Assembly (NCBI GenBank): GCA_963751455.1
Contig: CAVVUN010000015.1
Span: 928,001-992,000, forward strand
Reading direction: 5' to 3'
Length of the DNA: 64,000 bases
Source: Nitrospirota bacterium
GTDB taxonomy: Bacteria; Nitrospirota; UBA9217
Shown: piece after piece, positions 1 to 9,749 of the stretch
Numbering within the stretch: position 1 is the first letter of the stretch
How the letters are laid out: every line of letters begins with the position of its first letter
Translations under genes and position numbers: made by a program
Notes under the pieces: model-generated
Database searches by the model: none
What the model saw: the letters and a program-made list of their open reading frames with translations, nothing else
Told to the model about the DNA's origin: nothing

Positions 1-1
1 C

Positions 2-184
2 AACCTGGAAGGAGACCGGCTGAAGCTCCAAGGTGAGGCTTCGTCGTTCGAATCCGTGGATAAGATCAAGGCTGAATTGCAGAAGTCGGAACTGTTCAGC
101 GAGATTACGGTCCTGGATACGAGAATGGGCACGGATAACAAGGTGAAGTTCCGGTTGGACATCAAACTGAAGCAGGCGGGGTAA
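2..184 (+). CDS. 3' end of type II secretion GspL/PilN-like protein (partial, runs off window start)
   Basis: Open frame NLEGDRLKLQGEASSFESVDKIKAELQKS...KVKFRLDIKLKQAG-stop resembles a PilN/GspL periplasmic domain; lies upstream of gspM- and gspN-like genes. Confidence 0.7.
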   Translation, partial: NLEGDRLKLQGEASSFESVDKIKAELQKSELFSEITVLDTRMGTDNKVKFRLDIKLKQAG

Positions 185-195
185 CCCGAACGAAT

Positions 196-598
196 TTGTA
201 ACCACGGATGAACACGGTTAAAAGCTGAGAAACCCCATGAGTGGAGAAAAGGAACTTCTTCATGGGATCTTACTTAAAAAAGATAAAGGTAATCCTCCAA
301 CAAGAGTTCAAGGTTCTGTACCGGGAAAAAGAAGTAGGTCTCTATTTACGCAGACCTCGTTGTTGAACAGAAGGTAATCGTGGAAGTAAAGTCAGTAGAT
401 AGAATTGACGATGTTCACCGTGCTCAGATTATGAATTACCTGAGGATATCGGGAGTGCGGATAGGACTGCTGATAAACTTTTCGCGTCCGAAGTTAGAAT
501 ATGAGAGAATAGTTGTTTAACCGTGTGTTTTGATTTAAACCCGGGATATTTATCTGTGTGTGCGGCGAAGCCGCACCCGTGTTTATCTGTGGTTACAA
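196..598. repeat. 22-bp inverted repeats enclosing the GxxExxY remnant
   Basis: 196-217 TTGTAACCACGGATGAACACGG versus reverse complement of 577-598 TTGTAACCACAGATAAACACGG (2 mismatches); internal hairpin GTGCGGC-GAA-GCCGCAC at 560-576. Confidence 0.9.
237..520 (+). pseudogene. Degraded GxxExxY-family (PD-(D/E)XK-like) protein gene
   Basis: Manual translation across frameshifts: MSGEKELLHG/DLT.../IKVILQQEFKVLYREKEVGLY/YADLVVEQKVIVEVKSVDRIDDVHRAQIMNYLRISGVRIGLLINFSRPKLEYERIVV-stop. The C-terminal half is typical of the family; the segment carrying the GxxExxY motif is missing. Confidence 0.85.
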
Positions 599-610
599 TC
601 AGAGGTTGTT

Positions 611-1111
611 GTGAAGTTAGAATCCAGAGATAAAAAAGTTCTGATCATCGGCGGTATCGTCGTGGCGATCATCCTGCTCTACGCCCTCGTCCTCGGCCCC
701 TTGTATGCGGACTTGTCCCGGAAGCGGGACCTGATTCCGAAAAAGGAAAAGGACCTTGCGGAGATGCGCATTCTGAAGGACGAATACCTCGAAATGCAGA
801 AACGCCTGCAGCAGCTGCAGGAAGCGGCCGCAAAGCGCGGCCCGCTGCTGACTGAGATCGAGAACATAACAAAACGATCGAACCTGGGAGGCAAGATCGT
901 TTCGCTCAAGCCGCAGCCCGGCGTTCAGGCGGAAAATTTCAAGGAAAGCATTGTCGAGATCAAGCTCAAGAGCATCACGCTGTATGACGTTCTCAATTAC
1001 GTGAATCTTCTCGAGAAATCCTCGCTCCGCATCAGGAAGCTGTACTTCAAACCGCGCTTCGATAATCCGAAGCTCTTAAACTCCACAATACAGGTTTCGA
1101 GCGCTGGGTAG
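611..1111 (+). CDS. gspM: Type II secretion system protein GspM-like
   Basis: GTG at 611 after AGAGG; N-terminal (L)ESRDKK plus one TM helix, a coiled coil and a ferredoxin-like C-terminal domain; operon context. Confidence 0.75.
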   Translation: MKLESRDKKVLIIGGIVVAIILLYALVLGPLYADLSRKRDLIPKKEKDLAEMRILKDEYLEMQKRLQQLQEAAAKRGPLLTEIENITKRSNLGGKIVSLKPQPGVQAENFKESIVEIKLKSITLYDVLNYVNLLEKSSLRIRKLYFKPRFDNPKLLNSTIQVSSAG

Positions 1112-1114
1112 GCC

Positions 1115-1945
1115 ATGATCGACAGGAATTTGCTCATCAGAAGACTCTCCTTTGCAGGCTATTTCATCGCCGCCTTTTTACTGTTCCTCCTCCTGCTCTT
1201 TCCTTTTGACCGCGTCAAGCAGAAGCTGGAAGCGGAGTTTCGCCAGCGGACCAATCTCAAGTTGTCGGTATCCCGCATTTCGCCGAGATTTTTCAACCAA
1301 TACGTGCTTTCTGATGTCGTGATATCGGACAAAAAGGGCAAGGTTTTGTTCGAAAGCCGGTCGGTCAATGCTTCGGTTTCGCTTTTCAGTCTTCTTCGCG
1401 GCGGCCTCTCGGTCAAGATGAAGGCGGACGCCTATGGGGGCGCCCTGCTCATGAAGGCGCAGCAATCGACCGGACGCCGGTATCTTCTGCTGGACGCCGA
1501 CGCCCTCGATATCGCTTTGTACCCGATGCTTAAGGAACTGGGTGTGCGGCTGACCGGGAAATTGGGCGGTAACTTTGAAATGAACGGCGATTCCGGGAAA
1601 GGCCGCCTCTGGGTGAAGGGTGTGACGTCGAGGGAACTGAAGATAAAGGGATTCAGCATTCCTGATTTTGATTTTGAAAAGGGATGGATTGAAACGGAGC
1701 TCAGAGGAGATCGGTTAATGGTGAAGAAACTGGACCTCGAGGGTAAAGAAATCAAGATCCAGGTTACGGGGGACCTCGTTCTTCAGGAACGCGGTACGTT
1801 GAATATGTCCGTAAAAATCAAACCGTCCGAACGGTTGGCGCATGAACAGGCAGCATTCCTTTCTCTGCTGAAAAACCGCGACGCAGACGGTTATTATAAT
1901 CTTGTGATCGGCGGCTTGGTCTCGGAGCCCATGCCGAGATTCTAA
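1115..1945 (+). CDS. gspN: Type II secretion system protein GspN-like
   Basis: N-terminal TM helix followed by FPFD, beta-rich periplasmic part with AYGG; follows gspM. Confidence 0.75.
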   Translation: MIDRNLLIRRLSFAGYFIAAFLLFLLLLFPFDRVKQKLEAEFRQRTNLKLSVSRISPRFFNQYVLSDVVISDKKGKVLFESRSVNASVSLFSLLRGGLSVKMKADAYGGALLMKAQQSTGRRYLLLDADALDIALYPMLKELGVRLTGKLGGNFEMNGDSGKGRLWVKGVTSRELKIKGFSIPDFDFEKGWIETELRGDRLMVKKLDLEGKEIKIQVTGDLVLQERGTLNMSVKIKPSERLAHEQAAFLSLLKNRDADGYYNLVIGGLVSEPMPRF

Positions 1946-2204
1946 TAATGATGCATTCGGAAAAGTCCAGTCTCACACAAAGCCACGAAGACACAAAGAA
2001 AATCATCGCTCATGTAGTTTCTATTTCGAAACGATTTATAATTCCTTCCCTCCTTTTCTCCTTGTTATTGGTGATCGTCGCCTTCGGAATTCCCACTTTT
2101 TATAGTTGTGCAATTTGGTGTTTACACTCATGATAATGTAGGGTACACTGAGTTTTGGAAATATGGCTGAGGCCGGAACAACCGTGTGATGATAGGGAAC
2201 GAGG

Positions 2205-4844
2205 ATGGATCATTTACAACTGATAGGATTTCCCCTTTTTATCGTCGGCGGCCTGGAAGTCCTCCTGGCCATGGTGCTTCTGAGAGAAAATCCGAGAAAC
2301 AGTCCTGTCAATAAATCGATCGCAACCTTCTCATTCTTCACCGGTGCTTTTTCCCTGATCACGGCCGTTATGTACGTGCGGGCCTCTTTCGGCTTCGACA
2401 TTACCGGGCTCGCCCGCGCAAACTGGATCGGCTGGCTCATAATACCCGCAACCGCGCAATTCGTCTTTTATCTCAAGGACGAAAAAAGCAGGATAGCCCG
2501 TATTGCCGGCTGGGTGCTCTACCCCTTTTGGACCATTATTTTTTTCATAAGCGTGACGACCAATCTGATCGAGAGCGGAAACTACACGCTTTTGCCGTAT
2601 ATTGATCGTTCGGGCCCACTCGGAAAACCTCTCCGCATGGTCGGCATTATCGTCATCTTCTGGGTCGTGTATGAGATATTCCGCCTCAGGCGCCACGTAA
2701 CCGGCATAAAGAGAGCGCAGCTCAACTACTTTATCCACGGCGTTCTTATATTCGCGGGCGGCGCCGGCATTTTCGCCGGGGTCCTTCAATTGTTCGGCGG
2801 ATTCGGCTTCGAACCGGGGCTCAGTTCCTATTTCAGCCTCCCCTGGGTCGTCCTGACGTTCTACTCGATAACCCGCTATCGTTTGTTTGATATTCGCAGC
2901 ATCTTTTCCCGCGTTATCACGATCAGCATCCTGGCCCTCTTTTTTTCTCTCATCCAGACCGGCTTCTTCAGCATAGCCCAGCCGGTCCTCGGCACGACGT
3001 TTACGATTATCGTATCCTTGTTCTTTATCGGGTTCCTCTTTTTCGCAACTTCGTTTGTCAACACTGTCGAGCTTTTTATCCGACGTATTGTCCTCCAGGA
3101 AAAATTCGACTACCAGCAGATCCTGAAGGAATCGATCAAGGCCATTATTACTATCCTGGATTTGAAGGAACTTCTGAATTATCTTGTGTACAGCATCAGG
3201 ACGAGCATCAGGTCCGAAAAAGTGTGCCTGTTTCTGAAAGCGGACGACGGGCAGTACCGCCGGCGCCCCGAAACCGGCCTGAGCAGACCCTTGATAGCGC
3301 CGCTCTGCGATGATGAAGTGCTTGACGGGAGCGCAGTGGAATGGATAAAGCGGTCAGGAGGCGTGACCATCCGGGAAGAATTGGAGGGAACCGTTCCTGA
3401 AGAGGAGTTTCGCTTCCTGAATACCTACATGAAGCAAAACGGCATCGAGCTCTTTATCCCGATGTACTATAAGGGCGGATTGCAGGGAGTGCTGGGGCTT
3501 GGACAGAAAGGCGATGGTGAGCCGTACGCTCAAAGCGACATAGATCTGCTCGAGACACTTGCCGGCCATGCAGCCGTTGCTTTAGAGAATGCCCGGCTTT
3601 ATGCTGAATCGCGTCTGGTCCAGGAATCCAGCAGGCAAAATCAGGAGCGGTTCCGCAATCTGATTGAAACGACCAGCGATTGGGTCTGGGAAATGAACGA
3701 CCGGGGTGTGTACACGTATGTCAATCCCAAAATCCGCGACATCCTCGGCCACGAACCACAGGACGTGTTAGGCAAGACCTTCTTCGATTTTATGCCGAAG
3801 GAAGAGGCGCGGCGGGTAGCGGACTTTTTCGTTTCTATGGCAGTTCAAAAGAAGCCGTTCCTGATGTTTAAGAACAGCAAGGTCCACAAGGAAGGCCGGC
3901 TCGTGATTCTTGAATCAAGCGGCGTGCCTGTTTTTGACGGCAAAGGCGCATTCACGGGATACCGCGGCATCGACCGGGATGTTACCGAGCGCTATGATCT
4001 TGAAGGAAAGCTGCGCTATGTTCAGAAAATGGAGGCTATCGGGAGGCTGGCAGGCGGGATCGCTCACGATCTTAATGCAATAGTTCATTCCGTTACGGGA
4101 CATGCGGAGCTTCTGCATCTGAACATGAAAAAAGAAGACCCTCTGCGAAGCAGCATCGAGCATATCCTGGCCGCGGCTGACCGGGCCTCCAAGATTACGC
4201 GCAATCTGCTTGCGTTGGGCGACAAAAAGGCCTTGGATCTGAAAATTGTCAAGGTCAACGATATCATTCGCGGAGTTGAGAAGCTTCTCACCGGGCTGCT
4301 CAGGGAGAATATTAAACTTTCGCTTTACTTCGAGGACGAAGATTGGCCGATTCGGGCGGACTCTACACAGCTCGAGCGCGTACTCATGAACATCATATCA
4401 AATGCAGTCGATGCAATGCCGGATGACGGCCAACTGACCATAGAATCGGGACTTGCTGAAATAAACGATGAATTCACGACGGAACACGGGTACGGAAAGC
4501 CTGGTCCGTATGCGGTCATATCTGTTTCCGATACGGGTAAAGGCATGGATGATCACACCAGGCGAAGGATTTTTGAGCCATTCTTCACAACAAAAAGCTA
4601 CGGCAAGGGCACCGGGTTCGGCCTGTCCATTGTGTACGACATAGTCAAGGAGCACCAAGGGTATATTACTGTCGACACGGTACCGGGAAAGGGTTCGCGG
4701 TTCAGTATATACCTGCCGTTGCAGCTGTCGCCGTTTATGGACACTATACCGGCTTCAAGCGACAGCCCCATACAGAACCGGCCGGCCGTGAGTCCGGACG
4801 GCGATGGAGAATCGTCCGGAGCGCCGATGGATGAAACGCGCTGA
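2205..4844 (+). CDS. Membrane sensor histidine kinase (multi-TM, GAF, PAS, HisKA/HATPase)
   Basis: Multiple N-terminal TM helices; GAF end LETLAGHAAVALENARLY; PAS (SDWVWE...YVNP); H-box GGIAHDLN; N/G/F boxes NAVDAM, DTGKGM, FEPFFTTK, GTGFGL; no receiver domain. Confidence 0.93.
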   Translation: MDHLQLIGFPLFIVGGLEVLLAMVLLRENPRNSPVNKSIATFSFFTGAFSLITAVMYVRASFGFDITGLARANWIGWLIIPATAQFVFYLKDEKSRIARIAGWVLYPFWTIIFFISVTTNLIESGNYTLLPYIDRSGPLGKPLRMVGIIVIFWVVYEIFRLRRHVTGIKRAQLNYFIHGVLIFAGGAGIFAGVLQLFGGFGFEPGLSSYFSLPWVVLTFYSITRYRLFDIRSIFSRVITISILALFFSLIQTGFFSIAQPVLGTTFTIIVSLFFIGFLFFATSFVNTVELFIRRIVLQEKFDYQQILKESIKAIITILDLKELLNYLVYSIRTSIRSEKVCLFLKADDGQYRRRPETGLSRPLIAPLCDDEVLDGSAVEWIKRSGGVTIREELEGTVPEEEFRFLNTYMKQNGIELFIPMYYKGGLQGVLGLGQKGDGEPYAQSDIDLLETLAGHAAVALENARLYAESRLVQESSRQNQERFRNLIETTSDWVWEMNDRGVYTYVNPKIRDILGHEPQDVLGKTFFDFMPKEEARRVADFFVSMAVQKKPFLMFKNSKVHKEGRLVILESSGVPVFDGKGAFTGYRGIDRDVTERYDLEGKLRYVQKMEAIGRLAGGIAHDLNAIVHSVTGHAELLHLNMKKEDPLRSSIEHILAAADRASKITRNLLALGDKKALDLKIVKVNDIIRGVEKLLTGLLRENIKLSLYFEDEDWPIRADSTQLERVLMNIISNAVDAMPDDGQLTIESGLAEINDEFTTEHGYGKPGPYAVISVSDTGKGMDDHTRRRIFEPFFTTKSYGKGTGFGLSIVYDIVKEHQGYITVDTVPGKGSRFSIYLPLQLSPFMDTIPASSDSPIQNRPAVSPDGDGESSGAPMDETR

Positions 4845-4891
4845 CCGTCCGGGCAAGGAGTGACAGAAAGCCCGGAGAAAGGCATCTGCAA

Positions 4892-6262
4892 GTGAAATCG
4901 CGATCTAAAACCGTTTATGTTTGCCAATCCTGCGGGACCCAGTCTCCGCGCTGGATGGGGAAGTGTCCTGACTGCGGCCAATGGAACACCATGGTCGAAG
5001 AGCGTCTTGAGAAACCGCAGGAAAGAGGGAGCGGCAAGCGGCGCGACGGATCCGAGCCCATCCTGCTCGGCGCTATCGAAACCAGGGATGAAGACCGCTT
5101 TGGTACGGGAATCGGCGAACTCGACCGCGTGCTGGGAGGCGGCATTGTTTCAGGGTCGGTGGTGCTTATCGGCGGAGACCCGGGAATTGGCAAATCGACG
5201 CTCGTGCTCCAGATGCTTCGACAGGTTTCGGAGCTTCGGGGCAAGGCGCTTTACGTTTCAGGAGAAGAGTCGCCGTCCCAGATCAAGATGCGCGCCGTCC
5301 GTCTGGGCGTCAAAACCGAAAACCTTTACGTGCTTGCCGAAACGCAGCTCGAGGAGATCCTCCATGCCGCAAAGGGGCTCCAGCCGCAGGTTCTCGTTGT
5401 CGATTCGGTGCAGACGGTCTTTACGTCCGAACTTCCGTCAGCTCCGGGAAGTGTCGGCCAGGTGCGGGAGGTGTCAGGCAGGCTGATGCTGTATGCAAAA
5501 AAGACAGGGACCCCGACATTTCTCATTGGACACGTAACCAAGGACGGCGCCATAGCCGGCCCGCGGGTGCTGGAGCATATTGTGGACACGGTGCTCTATT
5601 TCGAAGGCGACAAGGGACACTCTTTCCGGATCCTGAGGGCGGTCAAGAACCGCTTCGGGTCCACGAACGAGATCGGCGTGTTCGAGATGAAGGAGGGCGG
5701 CCTGGCCGAGGTTGCAAATCCGTCCGAGATATTCCTTGCCGAGCGGCCTGCCGATGCCACCGGCTCGGTTGTAGTATCATCGCTTGAAGGAACACGGCCG
5801 ATCCTGGCCGAGCTCCAGGCCCTTGTTGCGCCTTCAAAACTCACAATGCCCCGGCGGACCTGCATCGGGGTCGATTTTAACCGGGTCTCGCTTCTCCTTG
5901 CGGTCCTCGAGAAACGCGTTGGCATGCATCTCATGGGAATGGATGTGTTCGTGAACGTTGTGGGCGGACTCAAGATCGATGAGCCGGCAGTCGACCTCGG
6001 TGTGATTGCCGCGGTGGCGTCCAGCTTCAGGGAAAAGCCCGTTCATGCCCAGACGCTGGTAATGGGAGAGGTTGGTCTTGCCGGAGAAGTTCGCGCCATA
6101 AGCCAGGCAGAGGCGAGGCTCAAGGACGCCGCCAAACTGGGGTTCACGCGCTGCATCCTTCCGGCCCTCAATATAGAAAAGATGGAAAAATCCCCGGCGC
6201 TCAAAAAGATGGAGCTCATGGGTGTGCGTTCTGTTGACGAGGCGATGGAGAGGCTGTTTTAG
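4892..6262 (+). CDS. radA: DNA repair protein RadA/Sms
   Basis: Zn finger CQSC...CPDC, Walker A GDPGIGKST, KNRFG motif, Lon-like C-terminus. Confidence 0.98.
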   Translation: MKSRSKTVYVCQSCGTQSPRWMGKCPDCGQWNTMVEERLEKPQERGSGKRRDGSEPILLGAIETRDEDRFGTGIGELDRVLGGGIVSGSVVLIGGDPGIGKSTLVLQMLRQVSELRGKALYVSGEESPSQIKMRAVRLGVKTENLYVLAETQLEEILHAAKGLQPQVLVVDSVQTVFTSELPSAPGSVGQVREVSGRLMLYAKKTGTPTFLIGHVTKDGAIAGPRVLEHIVDTVLYFEGDKGHSFRILRAVKNRFGSTNEIGVFEMKEGGLAEVANPSEIFLAERPADATGSVVVSSLEGTRPILAELQALVAPSKLTMPRRTCIGVDFNRVSLLLAVLEKRVGMHLMGMDVFVNVVGGLKIDEPAVDLGVIAAVASSFREKPVHAQTLVMGEVGLAGEVRAISQAEARLKDAAKLGFTRCILPALNIEKMEKSPALKKMELMGVRSVDEAMERLF

Positions 6263-6347
6263 CGCGAGTCGAAATGGCATTAAACACGTCCCAAATAGAA
6301 TCATCAGTGATGTTTGATTTGCTTAACATTTTCAATTACAATTAAGT

Positions 6348-6563
6348 ATGCCTATTAAACCCCATCCCAACCATAAGATCTACATTCAGACGCTTCGGCG
6401 GATGTCGCCTGAGGCGCGTCTCATGAAGTCCTTCGAGCTTTCGCAGTTTACGAAAGACCTCTTCCTCCACGGCCTTCGTAAACGGTTCCCGAATTTCTCC
6501 GATGAAGCGATCAAGAAGCTCTATCTGGAGCGCCTCAATAAATGTCACAACAGGAACTACTGA
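6348..6563 (+). CDS. Small helical protein, putative antitoxin partner of the downstream nucleotidyltransferase
   Basis: 71 aa with LRRMSPEARL motif; overlaps the next gene. Confidence 0.65.
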   Translation: MPIKPHPNHKIYIQTLRRMSPEARLMKSFELSQFTKDLFLHGLRKRFPNFSDEAIKKLYLERLNKCHNRNY

Positions 6564-7117
6564 AAAGAGTCATCCAGTCGCTGGATGCTGCAGGCATCGA
6601 GTACATGGCAACGGGTTCGATCGTATCCAGCCTTCAGGGCGAGCCACGCTCAACTCATGATATCGATCTTGTCGTCGCGATTCCGAGACATGCTGTTAAA
6701 AACCTGATTAAGGCTTTTCCCCCTCCGGCTTATTACCTTGACGAGGATAGCATCATCGAAGCAATTAACAGTCGTGGGATGTTCAATTTGGTTGATGTGA
6801 ACGTCGGGGACAAAATTGATTTTTGGATGCTGACCGATGACTCCTTCGATCGATCTCGCTTTGCGCGTAGGTACCCGGAGGAGTTGATAGGCATAAAAAT
6901 GTTTGTTTCGACCCCGGAGGATACTATCCTTATGAAGCTGAGATGGGCAAAGCTCTCCGGCGGCAGTGAAAAACAGTTTACTGACGCGCTGCGCGTATAT
7001 GAAGTGCAATATGAAAAGCTGGACATGAATTATTTGCGAACGTGGGCTGCAAAGTTGGATATCGAGACGATGCTTCAACGCCTTCAAAACGAGGCAGATA
7101 TAATACAAAGACCCTGA
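6542..7117 (+). CDS. Nucleotidyltransferase-fold protein (putative toxin)
   Basis: GS...GEPRSTHDIDL Pol-beta-type NTase motif; TPEDTILMKL. Confidence 0.8.
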   Translation: MSQQELLKRVIQSLDAAGIEYMATGSIVSSLQGEPRSTHDIDLVVAIPRHAVKNLIKAFPPPAYYLDEDSIIEAINSRGMFNLVDVNVGDKIDFWMLTDDSFDRSRFARRYPEELIGIKMFVSTPEDTILMKLRWAKLSGGSEKQFTDALRVYEVQYEKLDMNYLRTWAAKLDIETMLQRLQNEADIIQRP

Positions 7118-7226
7118 TTTTCGTTTTTTTTGTCTCCCGGCGTCCTGGCCAGTACCTTTCCTCTTCATACAATACATCCAATTTCCGTTTGTTTTGAGCA
7201 CTTCCCTGTGGTATTCTGTTTCTCGT

Positions 7227-9158
7227 ATGAAAATCGGAAAGCTCTGGAAATTTTTCGGGAACCGGACAGGCATGGCGATTCTCCTTGCCCAACTCGCGGT
7301 TGTTCTTGTCTTCGCCTATTTCTATACCGGCTACCACTCGAGTGATCAATGCGTGAAGTGCCACGCGGACACGCAGAAAATGAAGTCCCTCGGGTACCCG
7401 CAGTTCGTAATGACGCGTGCACAGGTCCAGAAAGAGGCCCGGCATCCGAATACGGAGTGCCGCGACTGCCACCTGGGAAACGGTTTGTTCGATGATCCTT
7501 CCAAAGCACATCAGGGAATGCTGAAGCTACTCGTGCTCGACAATGACCTGAACGTGATCCCGAGGAAGGGGCATCTGGACCGTCTTCTTCCGTCCGGGAC
7601 CGATCCTCTCCGGCAGATGCTCCCAAGGCGGCCCGACGGGTCTCTTGACGATGAAGTCGGTACTCTTCTATGGCATGACCGGAATAAACTTACCCTTGGC
7701 TATGACCCTCGTATCGCGGAAAAGACCTGCGGTAAATCGGGTTGCCATCCGGACCAGGTAAAACAATTCGGCACCAGCATAATGGGCTCGAATTTCCGGC
7801 AGCGCTCCATGATGATATGGAACGACGTTCACGGACCAAACAATTGAGGGCCGTCCTTTGCGGACACCCGGCCGGTCGGCAGGGCGGAAGGCGACAGGTT
7901 CTCCTTCGAAAACACGAAAAAGATTACCGAAGAATTAAATTTCACGGTCACGAACGAACAGGCAGTGGCAAAACAGAGGGCATGCAATATCTGCCATTCA
8001 GGCTGTCTCGACTGCCATTATACTCCCTCGGGCGAACGCGGCAGCCATGCGTTTACCCGGACCCCTCCCTCCGCGAACTGTACAGGCGGCGGACGAAGCA
8101 GCTTCGTGTGCCATGCCGGCACCATGGAGCGGCGGCGCGGAGACAGCTATCTGGGAAACGATTATTCGGAGCCGACAGGGCTGCCGATGGACGTCCACGT
8201 CGCCAAAAAGGTGGAATGCCTCGACTGTCACCAGACCGGTGAGGGCGGCATGGGCCATATCCAGCGAAAGGCCACATGCCAGGATTGCCACATCGAGGTC
8301 GAGCAGGCCATGGCGGCAAGCGTTCACAGAAACCTGGCGTGCGAAGCCTGCCATGTGAAGGTGCTCGGCGGATACGAAATGACATCCTGGGGCCCTGGCA
8401 CTATTTCATCCATGCCGAACCCGTTCAAGAAGTATTCATTGTATTACGGTCAGCAGGAACCACCGATATTGATCAAGGACCAGACCGGCAGGTGGATACC
8501 GACAAAGATCTGGCCGAACAGCGCAGGAGGATTTAAGGCAGCCGTTGCACCGAAGCCGGGAATTACGTTCCGATGGCCCAAGGGCGAGACCCATGACGCG
8601 TATGCGCAGCTCGGAACGTTCGATTTCCCGGGAGGGAACAACAACTATCTTGCATGGCTCCAGATAGAGCAAGTCGCCCATCCGCTTGAAAAGTCGCGCG
8701 CCTGCGGCAGCTGTCACGATTCAGCTATCCAGCTGTCCCGCGTCACCTGGCGATATTTCGATACCCAGGGGGCCGAACCGTTTACCGGAAGCCAGAAGAT
8801 CGTGGCAGACAAGGCCGGTCTTCATATCAAGGACATCAAGGCCACTTCAAGAATTACGCTCATGGAAGGCGGGAGGATAGAAAATTTTGCAGCGTGGATG
8901 AAGCTGGGAGACATATGGAAAACAAGCGGCGATTTTTCAATTCCCAAATCGGACCCGATCAAGTACCGCAAGCTGGATAGAGCTGTTCGGGATGCACTTG
9001 TGCGCCTTGATCGTATTGATAAGAACCTTAGAAAGAGAGAGGCCCGGGGCGAGGACGTGAAGAAGCTCCGGCGCAGATGGAAAGAGGCGAAGGCTGCGGC
9101 AGTTCATGAGCCGGGGGGCGTCTTGGAGGTGATGAATTACTATGACCAATTCAGGTAA
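7227..9158 (+). CDS. Membrane-anchored multiheme cytochrome c, probable selenoprotein (TGA 7845-7847 read as Sec, about U207 of 643 aa)
   Basis: The two listed ORFs are in one frame, separated by one TGA and 39 sense codons (HGPNN-U-GPSFAD). 8 CxxCH plus CX4CH and CX9CH motifs; N-terminal TM only in the first part; hairpin downstream of the TGA. Confidence 0.85.
7848..7895 (+). promoter_or_regulatory. Putative bacterial SECIS element
   Basis: CCC-G-GCC[GGTC]GGC-A-GGG at 7867-7884; apical loop starts 26 nt after the TGA; possible lower stem GTCCTTT (7853-7859) with AAGGCGAC (7888-7895). Confidence 0.7.
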
Positions 9159-9250
9159 GATTTTGATTTTAGTCTTGCGTTTTCAAGCCTTTTATATTAT
9201 GTTTTAATTAGCTTCGTAACGCGATAAGGACTGCGAATATGGGAATGGGA

Positions 9251-9460
9251 ATGACAATTCATAAAAAAATCGTAGTAGACGAGGAAAATAAACCAGTAGA
9301 AGTCATAATCACCTACGATGAATGGAAAAAAATTGAACGGCTGCTGAAAACTGTTGAAAAAGGCCTGACACGGGAACAACTGAAAGAGTATGCAGGTGCA
9401 GTGCATATCGAGGAAGAACCATTAGAGTACCAGCGGAGGATGCGGAGTGAATGGAAATAG
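9251..9460 (+). CDS. Putative antitoxin (VapB-like)
   Basis: About 69 aa ending EEPLEYQRRMRSEWK, typical of PIN-toxin partners; overlaps the PIN gene. Confidence 0.75.
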   Translation: MTIHKKIVVDEENKPVEVIITYDEWKKIERLLKTVEKGLTREQLKEYAGAVHIEEEPLEYQRRMRSEWK

Positions 9461-9734
9461 GTTTCTGCTCGATACCAACATCCTCCTCTATATAACAGGA
9501 AAAAGATTAGATATCAGCGCTCTTCCCGCAGGAGAATTTTACAGCTCATTCGTGACCGAACTGGAAATTCTCTCCTATCCTTCACTCACCGCCCAAGAGG
9601 AAAAGCAGCTTAGGCTTTTGCTTGCCGACATACCCGTTATCGACGTTACTGCGGAAATAAAAGACCGAACAATCCATTTGCGAAAAAAATACCGCCTTAA
9701 ACTTCCCGATGCGATCATTGCATCGACTGCCTGA
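9447..9734 (+). pseudogene. VapC/PIN-domain toxin, C-terminally truncated
   Basis: LLDTN...ELE...LKLPDAIIASTA then stop; the final strand with the conserved T-x-D is missing; 95 aa against about 125-135 expected. Confidence 0.8.
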
Positions 9735-9749
9735 TCAGGCAACTAGATC

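Noticed and set aside
7845-7847. Genome-wide TGA recoding (genetic code 4 or 25)
   Set aside because: TGA is a normal stop for cysS, phaE, the kinase and the reductases, and tRNA-Trp has a CCA anticodon.
9732-9746. TGA ending the PIN gene as a second Sec codon
   Set aside because: An in-frame TAG follows after three codons, there is no SECIS-like stem, and the PIN C-terminus does not resume; simple truncation fits better.
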